From assembly GCA_963695225.1 (NCBI GenBank), contig OY968762.1:1248001-1312000 (forward strand): a DNA stretch of 64,000 nucleotides, given 5' to 3'. Positions 21,286 to 30,881 of the stretch are shown piece by piece. Below the pieces are notes generated by a model that ran no database searches, was not told where the DNA came from, and saw nothing but the letters and a program-made list of their open reading frames with translations. Numbering within the stretch: position 1 is the first letter of the stretch; each line of letters opens with the position of its first letter. Source of the stretch: Vulcanimicrobiota bacterium (GTDB taxonomy: Bacteria; Vulcanimicrobiota; Vulcanimicrobiia; Vulcanimicrobiales; Vulcanimicrobiaceae). A program made the position numbers and the translations under genes.

Positions 21286-21337
21286 CCGCGCCGCTCAGCG
21301 ATCGAGCGTGGCTTGCGCTCATCGCCAAGCAAAAGCT

Positions 21338-22129
21338 TCAGCCGGCTCCAAGCCGTTTCCGGCTTGCCTCGTCGGGAACCTGAACCACCAGCGCTAGTGA
21401 TTGTGACAACAGCAACGTCATGGTCTCGTAGTGAAACGTCCCAATCGGCGATTCGATGGTGCAGGCGTTCGGCAAGAGCGGGCTCGTGATTTCGTACTCG
21501 TTCCAGATCCTGCGCAGATCGCCGTCGGCGATGATGCGGTCGCGAAGCTGGAGCAACGTCGTCGCAGTTGGTTGTCGCCCGATGCTTGATTGGAGCATCG
21601 CGAAAATGGGCCGGATATTGTCGGCAAGCTGCGAACCGTGCATCTTTCGCGACTCGTCGTGCAAGAACAAGCGATCGACCGCGTTGAAGTGCACTTCGTC
21701 TTCGCGAATGGCCCACACGCGGCGGAAAGCGTCGTTGTAGTTGATGATGTCCCACGTCGGGTTGATGATGTAGGCCGGAAACGCGATGGCATTGAGTGTC
21801 GCGACGACCAACGGTTCCGGCACCGAAGGCCGTTGCGGAGGGCGCCTTACACCGGCGAGAGCGAGCAAGTATTCCCGTTCGGAATCCGAAAGGCGCAGCG
21901 CTTCGGCGACCGTTGTCAGCGTCGCTTCCGATACGCCGGACGCTTCCCCGTTTTCAAGCGACGTGTACCAGGATACGCCGATCCCGGCGAGCGAGGCCAC
22001 CTCTTCGCGTCGCAGTCCTGCCACGCGGCGCCGCCCGGTCGCCGGAAGGCCCACGTCAGCGGGCGCAAGACGAGATCGGCGCTCTTTCAGGAACCGAGAC
22101 AGCTCGCTGGACCGGCCTTGCTCGCTCAT
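21338..22129 (-). CDS. XRE/MmyB-family transcriptional regulator
   Basis: FLKERRSRL...RRRVAGLRREEVASLAGIGVSWYTSLENG plus MmyB-like ligand-binding domain. Confidence 0.92.
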   Translation of the reverse strand: MSEQGRSSELSRFLKERRSRLAPADVGLPATGRRRVAGLRREEVASLAGIGVSWYTSLENGEASGVSEATLTTVAEALRLSDSEREYLLALAGVRRPPQRPSVPEPLVVATLNAIAFPAYIINPTWDIINYNDAFRRVWAIREDEVHFNAVDRLFLHDESRKMHGSQLADNIRPIFAMLQSSIGRQPTATTLLQLRDRIIADGDLRRIWNEYEITSPLLPNACTIESPIGTFHYETMTLLLSQSLALVVQVPDEASRKRLGAG

Positions 22130-22231
22130 CCTTACACTGCCAATAGTACGGTTGCCCGCATCCTTCCTACGCTCGGTCGCCCGCAGTATGATCGCGCTGA
22201 CGATCTCGGATACCGCACAGAGGAAACTGCC

Positions 22232-23059
22232 ATGCCAAATGTTGTCGTCGTAGTCGGCGCCGGATCGATCGGGCAGGCGATCGCCCGACGGGTCGGCGCC
22301 GGCAAGCACGTCCTGCTGGCGGACCTGCGCCGCGAACTCGCCGATGCGGCGGCGAAGGTCATGAGCGATGCCGGATTTGACGTGAGCACCGCGACCGTCG
22401 ACGTCTGCTCGCGCGAGTCGGTCCACGCGCTCGTCCAGAGGGCGACGGCGCTTGGCGACGTCTGGGGCGTGATCCACGCCGCCGGCGTCTCGCCGTCGCA
22501 GGCGTCGCCGGCGACGATCCTGCGCGTCGACCTTTACGGCACCTCGCTCGTGCTCGAGGAATTCGGCAATGTCATCGCTCCCGGCGGGTCTTGCGTCGTC
22601 ATCGCGTCGATGTCCGGACACCGGTTGCCGGCGCTAACCGCCGAGCAAAACACAGCTCTCGCGACAACCCCCACCGACGAATTGCTCGCGCTCCCGATGC
22701 TCCAGCCGGATCGCGTGACGGACCCGTTGCACGCGTACCAAATCTCCAAGCGCGCGAATTCGCTGCGGGTGATGGCGGAAGCCGTGCGGTGGGGTAAGCG
22801 CGGCGCGCGAGTCAATACGATCAGCCCCGGAATCATCATCACTCCGCTCGCGAACGACGAATTGAGCGGGCCTCGCGGCGCCGGGTACCGGCGCTATATC
22901 GCGGGGTCGGCGGCCGGGCGCGCCGGCACTCCGGATGAGGTCGCAACCGTCGGCGCGCTCCTCATGGGCCCGGACGGCGCCTTCATTACCGGCAGTGACT
23001 TCCTCCAGGACGGCGGAGTCACAGCCGCCTACTGGTTCGGCGAGCTCGGTTCGGCATGA
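22232..23059 (+). CDS. SDR-family oxidoreductase
   Basis: GAGSIG, HAAG, YQISK (YxxxK), RVNTISPG, ITGSDFLQDGG. Confidence 0.92.
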   Translation: MPNVVVVVGAGSIGQAIARRVGAGKHVLLADLRRELADAAAKVMSDAGFDVSTATVDVCSRESVHALVQRATALGDVWGVIHAAGVSPSQASPATILRVDLYGTSLVLEEFGNVIAPGGSCVVIASMSGHRLPALTAEQNTALATTPTDELLALPMLQPDRVTDPLHAYQISKRANSLRVMAEAVRWGKRGARVNTISPGIIITPLANDELSGPRGAGYRRYIAGSAAGRAGTPDEVATVGALLMGPDGAFITGSDFLQDGGVTAAYWFGELGSA

Positions 23060-23337
23060 GCGCAAGGCACGTCGTTCTCCCCCGATCCGGCTCCGCCGGC
23101 CCGCGCCCTGCCGGCGACATTTCGTTCGATGCGTTGGAGCATCCGAAGCTATCACAACGCGATCGCGACCTGATTACCGTCGCCTTCCTCGTGGCGCTGA
23201 ACCGGACGACCGAGCTGCCTTTCCACGTGAAGAAAGCCCTCGAGAGCGGAGTCAGGCGCCAAGAAGTCATCGAGCTCGTTGCTCACCTCGCACATCATGT
23301 GCCGCAAGCGGCGCCGTGCGCGCCGGAACGATGGTAA
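23056..23337 (+). pseudogene. Carboxymuconolactone decarboxylase-like protein, apparently eroded
   Basis: LSQRDRDLITVAFLVAL...LPFHVKKALESGV...IELVAHLA core present, but the usual C-terminal FYAGWP segment is missing. Confidence 0.6.
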
Positions 23338-23344
23338 GACCATC

Positions 23345-24491
<1,147 letters not shown>

Positions 24492-24498
24492 CGCACGA

Positions 24499-25707
24499 TC
24501 AGTTGGAACGGCGGACCGCGGCCTTCCGCTCGGCGCCGCGCTTCCCGACGGCGAGCATCGCAAGCGCGGCGAGGAGCGGGATGTAGCTGACCTGCGCGAG
24601 CGCGGCGTCGAAGCCGAAGCGGACGCCGATGAAGCCGGTCAGCGCGACGAACATCGAGCCGACGCCGAACGCGACGCCGTTCATCAAGCCGAGCGCCATC
24701 CCGAGATTCCGCGGGAGCATCGCCTGCACGAGCGCGACGCCCGGAGCGTTCTGCATCGCGAGCAGCGCGTTCCCGCAGAGCAAGAGCGCGATGCCCGGCA
24801 CGCCGGGAACGGCGAAGAAGAATACGAGGAACGGGACCGCGGCGCAGAGGCTGCCGACGCTGACGCGGAGCGCGCCGAAGCGGTCGGCCATGGCGCCGCC
24901 GGCGTAGAGGCCGACGACCGAAACCATCAGGAAGGCGCTGACGAGTTCGCCGGCTTCCGTCAGCGTGTAGCCTCGCGCGGCGAGCACGTTCGGCAAGAAC
25001 GTCATGAACGCGCCGGTGACGAATTGGCGGAGCGCCGTGCTCGCGATGATGAGCGTGACGCCGAAACGGTCGACACGCTCGCCCGCCGGGCGGGCGACAT
25101 ACTCGGGGCGCTCGCCGCCGTAGGCCGCCCGGTCGATGCCGGGCATGGTCGCAAAGATCGCGCACGCGACGAGCACCATCGGCGGCAGGAGATAGAGTTC
25201 GCCGGAACCGCCGAAGTGCGCGAGCAGCGGCGCGATCGCGATGGGGCCGAGCGAGAAGCCGATCTGCCCCCCGATTTGGAAGATCGAGATGCCGCCGGCT
25301 TTGCGCGTGCCGCTGAGGAGCGCGGAATATTTCCCGGCTTCCGGGTGCATGACCGCGGAGCCGATCCCGCCCGCGACGATGCAGAGCGCGAGCAGCGAGA
25401 GCGAGTGGACCGAGCCCGCAAGCGACAGGCTCGTCACCGTCAAGAGGATCGCGCTCGGGAGAAACCACCAGCGGCCGTGACGGTCGGCGTAAGCGCCGAA
25501 GAACGGCTGGACGACAGAGCTCGTGAAGTACCACAGGAAGCCGAGGAGCCCCTGATAGACGGGCGAGAGACCGTCGCGCGCGATCACGAAGTAGATCACG
25601 AGCGGGATCATCCCGGCGAAAAAATCGCTGATGCCGTGCGCGAACGCTACGAGCGAGAGCGCCCGAAGGTTCCACTCGCCCGCGCGCCGGGCAACGCTAA
25701 CTCCCAA
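24499..25707 (-). CDS. MFS transporter (Fsr-like); start uncertain
   Basis: About 12 hydrophobic segments; QPFFGAYADRHG, HPEAG, GGQIGFSLGP. Confidence 0.9.
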   Translation of the reverse strand: MGVSVARRAGEWNLRALSLVAFAHGISDFFAGMIPLVIYFVIARDGLSPVYQGLLGFLWYFTSSVVQPFFGAYADRHGRWWFLPSAILLTVTSLSLAGSVHSLSLLALCIVAGGIGSAVMHPEAGKYSALLSGTRKAGGISIFQIGGQIGFSLGPIAIAPLLAHFGGSGELYLLPPMVLVACAIFATMPGIDRAAYGGERPEYVARPAGERVDRFGVTLIIASTALRQFVTGAFMTFLPNVLAARGYTLTEAGELVSAFLMVSVVGLYAGGAMADRFGALRVSVGSLCAAVPFLVFFFAVPGVPGIALLLCGNALLAMQNAPGVALVQAMLPRNLGMALGLMNGVAFGVGSMFVALTGFIGVRFGFDAALAQVSYIPLLAALAMLAVGKRGAERKAAVRRSN

Positions 25708-25925
25708 TCGCGCGCACCCCGTCTTGCCGCAGGCCCTCCGCGGCCCGCCGGCCCGGCGCGCACGCGAACGAATCACCGAAGCGTTCCCACTCCATCCCAC
25801 GGAATGACCCCCTCCGGAGCGGCTTGGTTTCGCACGCAACGGCTTCGACCGAGGGGCAGAGCGCAACGACTCTGCGACCCGGCACGTTCAAGTGCGTAGC
25901 ATCACACTCTTCCGATGGGAGACCC

Positions 25926-26498
25926 ATGCGCAATCTTCTTGCATTCGCGTTCGCGGCGGCGTTAGCGGCTTCGAGCGCCCCGGCCTTCGCCCAGGCGGCA
26001 GGCGGCGCAATGCCCTCATGCCCGGCGAACGACCCCGTCGTTTGGCTGAACACGTCGTCCAACGTCTACCACGTCAAAGGCGACAAGTATTTCGGCAACA
26101 CCAAAGCCGGCAAATATCTCTGCCAATCGCAAGCCACCGCGGCGGGCGGCCGCCAGTCGAAGGAAGGGTCGCGGTCGACCGGGACCACGTCGGCCGGAAC
26201 CACGTCGGGCGCGACTGCCGGTGCGGCGGCTACCCCCACACCCAGGAAGCACTTCATGTTCGGAAACGGCGCCACGCCGGCTCCGGGCAACGCGGCCGGC
26301 ACGCCGGCGACGGCGGCGCCCGGCGCGATGGCGACCAAGGCACCAAAACATCATCACCACAGCACGCCTTCGCCCGCGGCCGGCGCGCCGGCGACCGCAG
26401 CACCCGGCGCGATGGAAACCAAGGCCCCGAAACATCATCACCACAGCACGCCTTCGCCTGCGGCCGGCGCGACGGCAGCGCCCTCGCCGAGCAAGTAA
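25926..26498 (+). CDS. Secreted hypothetical protein: small Cys-bracketed domain plus Pro/Ala/His repeat tail
   Basis: SD GGGAG; signal peptide ending AFA-Q; CPANDPVVWLNTSSNVYH...KYLC. Confidence 0.85.
   Translation: MRNLLAFAFAAALAASSAPAFAQAAGGAMPSCPANDPVVWLNTSSNVYHVKGDKYFGNTKAGKYLCQSQATAAGGRQSKEGSRSTGTTSAGTTSGATAGAAATPTPRKHFMFGNGATPAPGNAAGTPATAAPGAMATKAPKHHHHSTPSPAAGAPATAAPGAMETKAPKHHHHSTPSPAAGATAAPSPSK
26292..26470 (+). repeat. 84-bp in-frame tandem duplication (2 copies)
   Basis: Encodes PATAAPGAM(A/E)TKAPKHHHHSTPSPAAGA twice; units begin at 26302 and 26386. Confidence 0.93.
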
Positions 26499-26531
26499 TC
26501 CGGCCTCCCGCGCGGCGTCAACGACGCTCGC

Positions 26532-26580
26532 AGAAAGGGGACGCTCGCGAGGTCGTCCCCTTTCTCTTTCACGTTGCATG
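26532..26580 (+). terminator. Intrinsic terminator
   Basis: AGAAAGGGGACG...CGTCCCCTTTCT inverted repeat followed by CTTTC. Confidence 0.8.
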
Positions 26581-26659
26581 TTCGGCGCATCCTCGAGCGA
26601 AGTGCCGGAAATGAAACTCCCACAAGAATGCCTTGCGGCGCGCGGCGGAGGGCGTTAAC

Positions 26660-27502
26660 GTGCGCATCGCGGTCGTCGGAGCCTCCGGATTCATCGGCCG
26701 GCACCTCGCCGCGGCGCTGCGGGCGCGCGGCGACGACGTCGTGGAACTCTCCCTGCGCGATCCGGAGGCCGCAGCCCGGGGCTGCGAAGGGGTCCCGGCC
26801 GTCGTGAACCTCGCCGGGGAGCCGGTCGCGCAGCGCTGGACCGACGAGGCCAAGGAGCGCATCCGCGCCAGCCGCGTCGACGCGCCGCGTACGTTGATCG
26901 CCGCCCTCGCGAAGCTCGAACGCCCCCCGAAAGCCTACGTCTCCGCTTCGGCGATCGGTTACTACGGTACGAGCGAAACGGCGACGTTCACGGAAGCGGC
27001 CCCCCCGGGGAACGACTTCCTCTCGAACGTCTGCACCGAGTGGGAGAGCGAGGCGCACCGCGCCGCCGAAGCGGGAATGCGCGTCGCGATCGTGCGGACG
27101 GGGCTCGTCCTCGGATCCGACGGCGGCGCGCTGGCGCGCCTCTTACCGGTCTTCAAACTCGGCGGCGGCGGACACGTGGCGAGCGGAAATCAATGGTATT
27201 CGTGGATTCACATCGAGGATATGGTCGGCATCTATCTCGCCGCGCTCGACGGAGCCGCGGGCGTCATGAACGCGACGGCCCCGAATCCGGTGCGCAACCG
27301 CGACTTCACACGCGCGCTCGCCCACGCCGTGAATCGGCCGGCGTTCTTTCCCATCCCGGAGTTCACGATGAACTTGCTCTACGGTGAGGGGGCCGTCATC
27401 GTCACGAAGGGTCAGCGGGTCCTCCCCGAGCGCACGAGCGCCCAGGGATACACGTTCCGCTACCCGGAGATCGACGCGGCGTTCGCGCAGATTGTCGCTT
27501 GA
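26660..27502 (+). CDS. TIGR01777 (YfcH-like) NAD-dependent epimerase
   Basis: GASGFIG, NLAGEPVAQRW, SASAIGYYG, SWIHIED; SD GGAGG before GTG. Confidence 0.93.
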   Translation: MRIAVVGASGFIGRHLAAALRARGDDVVELSLRDPEAAARGCEGVPAVVNLAGEPVAQRWTDEAKERIRASRVDAPRTLIAALAKLERPPKAYVSASAIGYYGTSETATFTEAAPPGNDFLSNVCTEWESEAHRAAEAGMRVAIVRTGLVLGSDGGALARLLPVFKLGGGGHVASGNQWYSWIHIEDMVGIYLAALDGAAGVMNATAPNPVRNRDFTRALAHAVNRPAFFPIPEFTMNLLYGEGAVIVTKGQRVLPERTSAQGYTFRYPEIDAAFAQIVA

Positions 27503-28043
27503 CGGCACGCCGACGCTGATCTCGATGCGGCTGCGGCTCGAGCCGCTGCGCCCCGAACACGCGGCGCTCCTGTTCGAGCCGATGCAGGATCCGGCTCAAT
27601 TCCGTTTCATTCCCTCCGATCCGCCGAAATCCGAGGCGGAACTGCGCGCACGCTTCGAGCGCGCCGCCGCCGGGTCGCCCGATCCGGGCGCCCGCTGGTA
27701 CAACTGGCTCGTCCGTACGCTCGACGACTCGGTCCCGATCGGCGGCGTCCAAGCGACCGTCAGGGGGACGACCGCCTCGATCGGCTATTGGCTCGTGCGT
27801 TCCGCGCAAGGTCGCGGCTACGCCCGGGAGGCCGTCCAGGCGGCGATCGCCTCGCTCTTCGATCTCGACGGCGTCACCCGCATCGAAGCGCACATCGACA
27901 CGCGGAACGTGCGCTCGATCAGAGTCGTCGCCTGGCTCGGCTTCCGGCTGGAAGGTATCACGCAAGGTGCCGATTACTTCAAGGGGGCGACGAGCGACGA
28001 ATATCGCTACGCATTCGAACGCCCATCAAGGGAACGCACATGA
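27492..28043 (+). CDS. GNAT acetyltransferase (RimJ/RimL type); start uncertain
   Basis: RLRLEPL, IGYWL, QGRGYAREA, RNVRSIRV...LGFRLEG. Confidence 0.9.
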   Translation: MSLDGTPTLISMRLRLEPLRPEHAALLFEPMQDPAQFRFIPSDPPKSEAELRARFERAAAGSPDPGARWYNWLVRTLDDSVPIGGVQATVRGTTASIGYWLVRSAQGRGYAREAVQAAIASLFDLDGVTRIEAHIDTRNVRSIRVVAWLGFRLEGITQGADYFKGATSDEYRYAFERPSRERT

Positions 28044-28486
28044 TCGGAATCGGCAGCACAGCACCGGATTTCACCGCATCGAGCGAGCGAGGCGAGCGCA
28101 TTCGAATGCGCGACACGCTGAGCAAGGGACCGCTCGTACTCATCTTCTATCCCGGCGACTCTACGCCGGGATGCACGAAGCAGCTCTGCGCGGTGCGCGA
28201 CGATCGGGACAAGTACGATGCCGCCGGCATCACCGTCTTCGGCGTGAACAACGCCGACGAACAATCGCATTGGCGCTTCATCGCCGCGCAGAAGTTGCAG
28301 ACCAGGCTCTTGGTCGACGCCGATTTCAAGATTTCGACCGACTACGAGTGCGTGCTCGGTTTCGGTCCGCTGCGCGTCATCAAGCGGACCGTCGTCGGGA
28401 TCGGGAGAGACGGGACGATCGTCTATTACAAGCGCGGCAGCCCGGGGACGGCCGATATCATCGCGGCCGTTGCCGCAGCGGCTTAA
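28040..28486 (+). CDS. bcp: Peroxiredoxin, BCP/PrxQ type
   Basis: APDF, FYPGDSTPGCTKQLC (PxxxTxxC plus a resolving Cys at +5). Confidence 0.9.
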   Translation: MIGIGSTAPDFTASSERGERIRMRDTLSKGPLVLIFYPGDSTPGCTKQLCAVRDDRDKYDAAGITVFGVNNADEQSHWRFIAAQKLQTRLLVDADFKISTDYECVLGFGPLRVIKRTVVGIGRDGTIVYYKRGSPGTADIIAAVAAAA

Positions 28487-29415
28487 ACGGCCGCGCGGGA
28501 TCCTTCCAGCGTTTCGAGATACCGTTCGACCTCGAGCGCGGCTTTGCAGCCCATTCCCGCCGCCGAAACCGCCTGCTTGTAGCGGATGTCGTAGACGTCG
28601 CCGGCGACGAAAACGCCCCTCACGTTCGTGTGCACGCCGTCCGGCGAGACGACGTACCCGTGCGCGTCGAGTTCGAGTTGGTTGCGGAAGATCTCCGTAT
28701 TCGGATCGTGCCCGACCGCGATGAAGATCGCGTCGGCCGCGAATTCGCTGCGCTCTCCCGTCACGAGATTGCGCAGCGACAAGCGCTCGAGGCGTTCCTC
28801 GCCGTGCATTTCCTCGACGACCGTGTCCCACACGAAGGATAGCTTCGGGTGCGCCAAGGCGCGATCGGCCATGATCTTGCTCGCGCGCAGCTGCTCGCGG
28901 CGGTGGATCACCGTCACGTGCCGGCCGAAGCGCGTCAGGAACAGCGCCTCCTCCATCGCGGAGTCCCCGCCCCCGATCACGACGATCTCCTTCTCCCGAA
29001 AGAACGCGCCGTCGCAGGTCGCGCAGGTCGAGACGCCGCGCCCGCGCAGCCGCGCCTCGCCGGGAACGCCGAGCCAGCGCGCGCTCGCGCCGGTCGCAAC
29101 GATCACGGCATCGGCCGTGTGCTCGTTCTCCCCGTCCCAGACGCGTAAAGGATGCTGCGAGAAGTCGACGCGGGTCACGTCGACGTTTTCGATCCGCGCA
29201 CCGAAACGCTCGGCCTGCAGACGAAACGCCTCCATCAACTCCGGCCCCATGATGCCCTCGGGGAATCCGGGGAAATTCTCGACTTCCGTCGTGAGCATCA
29301 ACTGCCCGCCGTACATGTGTCCCGCGAAGACGAGCGGCGCGAGATTTGCCCGAGCCGCGTAAATCGCCGCGGTGAGGCCGGCCGGGCCGGAGCCGATGAT
29401 GATGACGCGTTCCAT
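28483..29415 (-). CDS. trxB: Thioredoxin reductase
   Basis: IIGSGPAG, GGQLMLTTEVENFPGF, CATCDG, GGGDSAMEEA. Confidence 0.97.
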   Translation of the reverse strand: MERVIIIGSGPAGLTAAIYAARANLAPLVFAGHMYGGQLMLTTEVENFPGFPEGIMGPELMEAFRLQAERFGARIENVDVTRVDFSQHPLRVWDGENEHTADAVIVATGASARWLGVPGEARLRGRGVSTCATCDGAFFREKEIVVIGGGDSAMEEALFLTRFGRHVTVIHRREQLRASKIMADRALAHPKLSFVWDTVVEEMHGEERLERLSLRNLVTGERSEFAADAIFIAVGHDPNTEIFRNQLELDAHGYVVSPDGVHTNVRGVFVAGDVYDIRYKQAVSAAGMGCKAALEVERYLETLEGSRAAV

Positions 29416-29493
29416 ACCGCCCGCTTCGACCGCGCGCTCGGACGTTCCGGTTGCAGCCTGGGGGAGCGGCGCGCGCTTGCCGAAGCGAACGGC

Positions 29494-30330
29494 ATGATCC
29501 CGAGCGATCTTCCCCTCGAGGACGACTTCTGCGACATCCTGCGCAAGGCGATGCGCGGCACGGGTAAGGGCCCATCCGCAATCGCGGAACGCACCGGGCT
29601 CGACGCCCGCGCGATCGATCGCTGGTCGAAGGGAGAGGGCGTCCCGGACGAGGCGACGGCGCGCGCGCTGGCGCGCGATCTCGGCCTCGATCCCGGAAAA
29701 CTCGCCGACGGCGCGGCGCGACGTTGGCATCCGCACGTAGCGCTCCCGAGCGACGTGCGGCACCACCCGCACGACCCGCATCCTTCGAACGGCTACCTCT
29801 TCTTCCTCGAGGACGGGCGCACCGCGGCGCTCGTCGATCCGGCCGGGATCCCAAAGACGATCCTGGACGCGATCGCCGAGGGCCCGTACGCGCTGCGGTA
29901 CATCTTGATCACGCACAAACACGCGGACCATTGCGACGCGACGGGCGACATCGCGCGGGCCTTTCCCGGCGCGCAGATCGTCATGCACGCCTTGGACGTC
30001 CAAGCCATCGGCGCGTTCGGCCGCGCGGCGCTACGCGTGGTCGACGGCGCCGCCCTTCCATTCGGGGAAGGAGCAGAGATCCGCTCGATCCACACTCCCG
30101 GCCACACGGACGGTTCGACGTCGTACCTGTTCCGGTCGACGCTGTTCACCGGCGACACGCTGTTCGCGGGAAGCGTCGGCGGCGCGTTCGGCGACATCAG
30201 CACGTACCGCGACATCCTCGAGGGCGTGCGCACGAAGATCTTCACGCTCGGCGACGACGTCGTCCTCATGCCCGGGCACGGACCGCCGTCGACCGTCGCG
30301 CTCGAACGAGCGCACAACCCGTTCTTCTGA
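29494..30330 (+). CDS. MBL-fold metallo-hydrolase with N-terminal HTH-like region
   Basis: THKHADH, TPGHT, FTGDTLF, PGHGP; N-terminal LRKAMRGTG...IAERTGL...IDRW. Confidence 0.9.
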   Translation: MIPSDLPLEDDFCDILRKAMRGTGKGPSAIAERTGLDARAIDRWSKGEGVPDEATARALARDLGLDPGKLADGAARRWHPHVALPSDVRHHPHDPHPSNGYLFFLEDGRTAALVDPAGIPKTILDAIAEGPYALRYILITHKHADHCDATGDIARAFPGAQIVMHALDVQAIGAFGRAALRVVDGAALPFGEGAEIRSIHTPGHTDGSTSYLFRSTLFTGDTLFAGSVGGAFGDISTYRDILEGVRTKIFTLGDDVVLMPGHGPPSTVALERAHNPFF

Positions 30331-30339
30331 AATGGCTGC

Positions 30340-30864
30340 ATGATCGAACGACTCTTCGAAAAGCTCCTCTGGAACACGCGCTTCATCGTCGTGATCGCGG
30401 TCGTCGCGTGCGTGTTCGCCTCGATCGCGATGTTCGTCGTCGCAACGATCGACGTGGCGCGTCTGCCGCATACCGTCTTCGAGTACATGAGCCCGGCGCT
30501 AGCCGTCGACGACCGCCGCCACCTTTACAATCGAACCGTCGCCGACGTCGCCGGGATCATCGATGCCTATCTGTTCGCGACGATCCTGCTGATCTTCGCG
30601 CTCGGTCTCTACGAACTGTTCGTGAGCAAGATCGAAGCGGCGGAGAACTCCGAGTTCGCCGAACGGATCCTGCTCGTCCGTTCGCTCGACGACCTCAAGG
30701 ACCGGCTCGCGAAGGTGATCTTCCTCATCCTGATCGTCAAGTATTTCGAGTACGCGTTGGAACAGGCGATCCATACGCCGCTCGATCTCCTGATGCTCGC
30801 GACCGGCATCGCGCTGATCGCGCTAGCGATCTACCTCACGCGCGCCGGCAAAACCGGCCACTAA
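30340..30864 (+). CDS. YqhA (UPF0114) membrane protein
   Basis: IDAYL...FALGLYELFVS, SLDDLKDRLAKVI; four TM segments. Confidence 0.88.
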   Translation: MIERLFEKLLWNTRFIVVIAVVACVFASIAMFVVATIDVARLPHTVFEYMSPALAVDDRRHLYNRTVADVAGIIDAYLFATILLIFALGLYELFVSKIEAAENSEFAERILLVRSLDDLKDRLAKVIFLILIVKYFEYALEQAIHTPLDLLMLATGIALIALAIYLTRAGKTGH

Positions 30865-30881
30865 CCCGCCTACGCCGTCCG

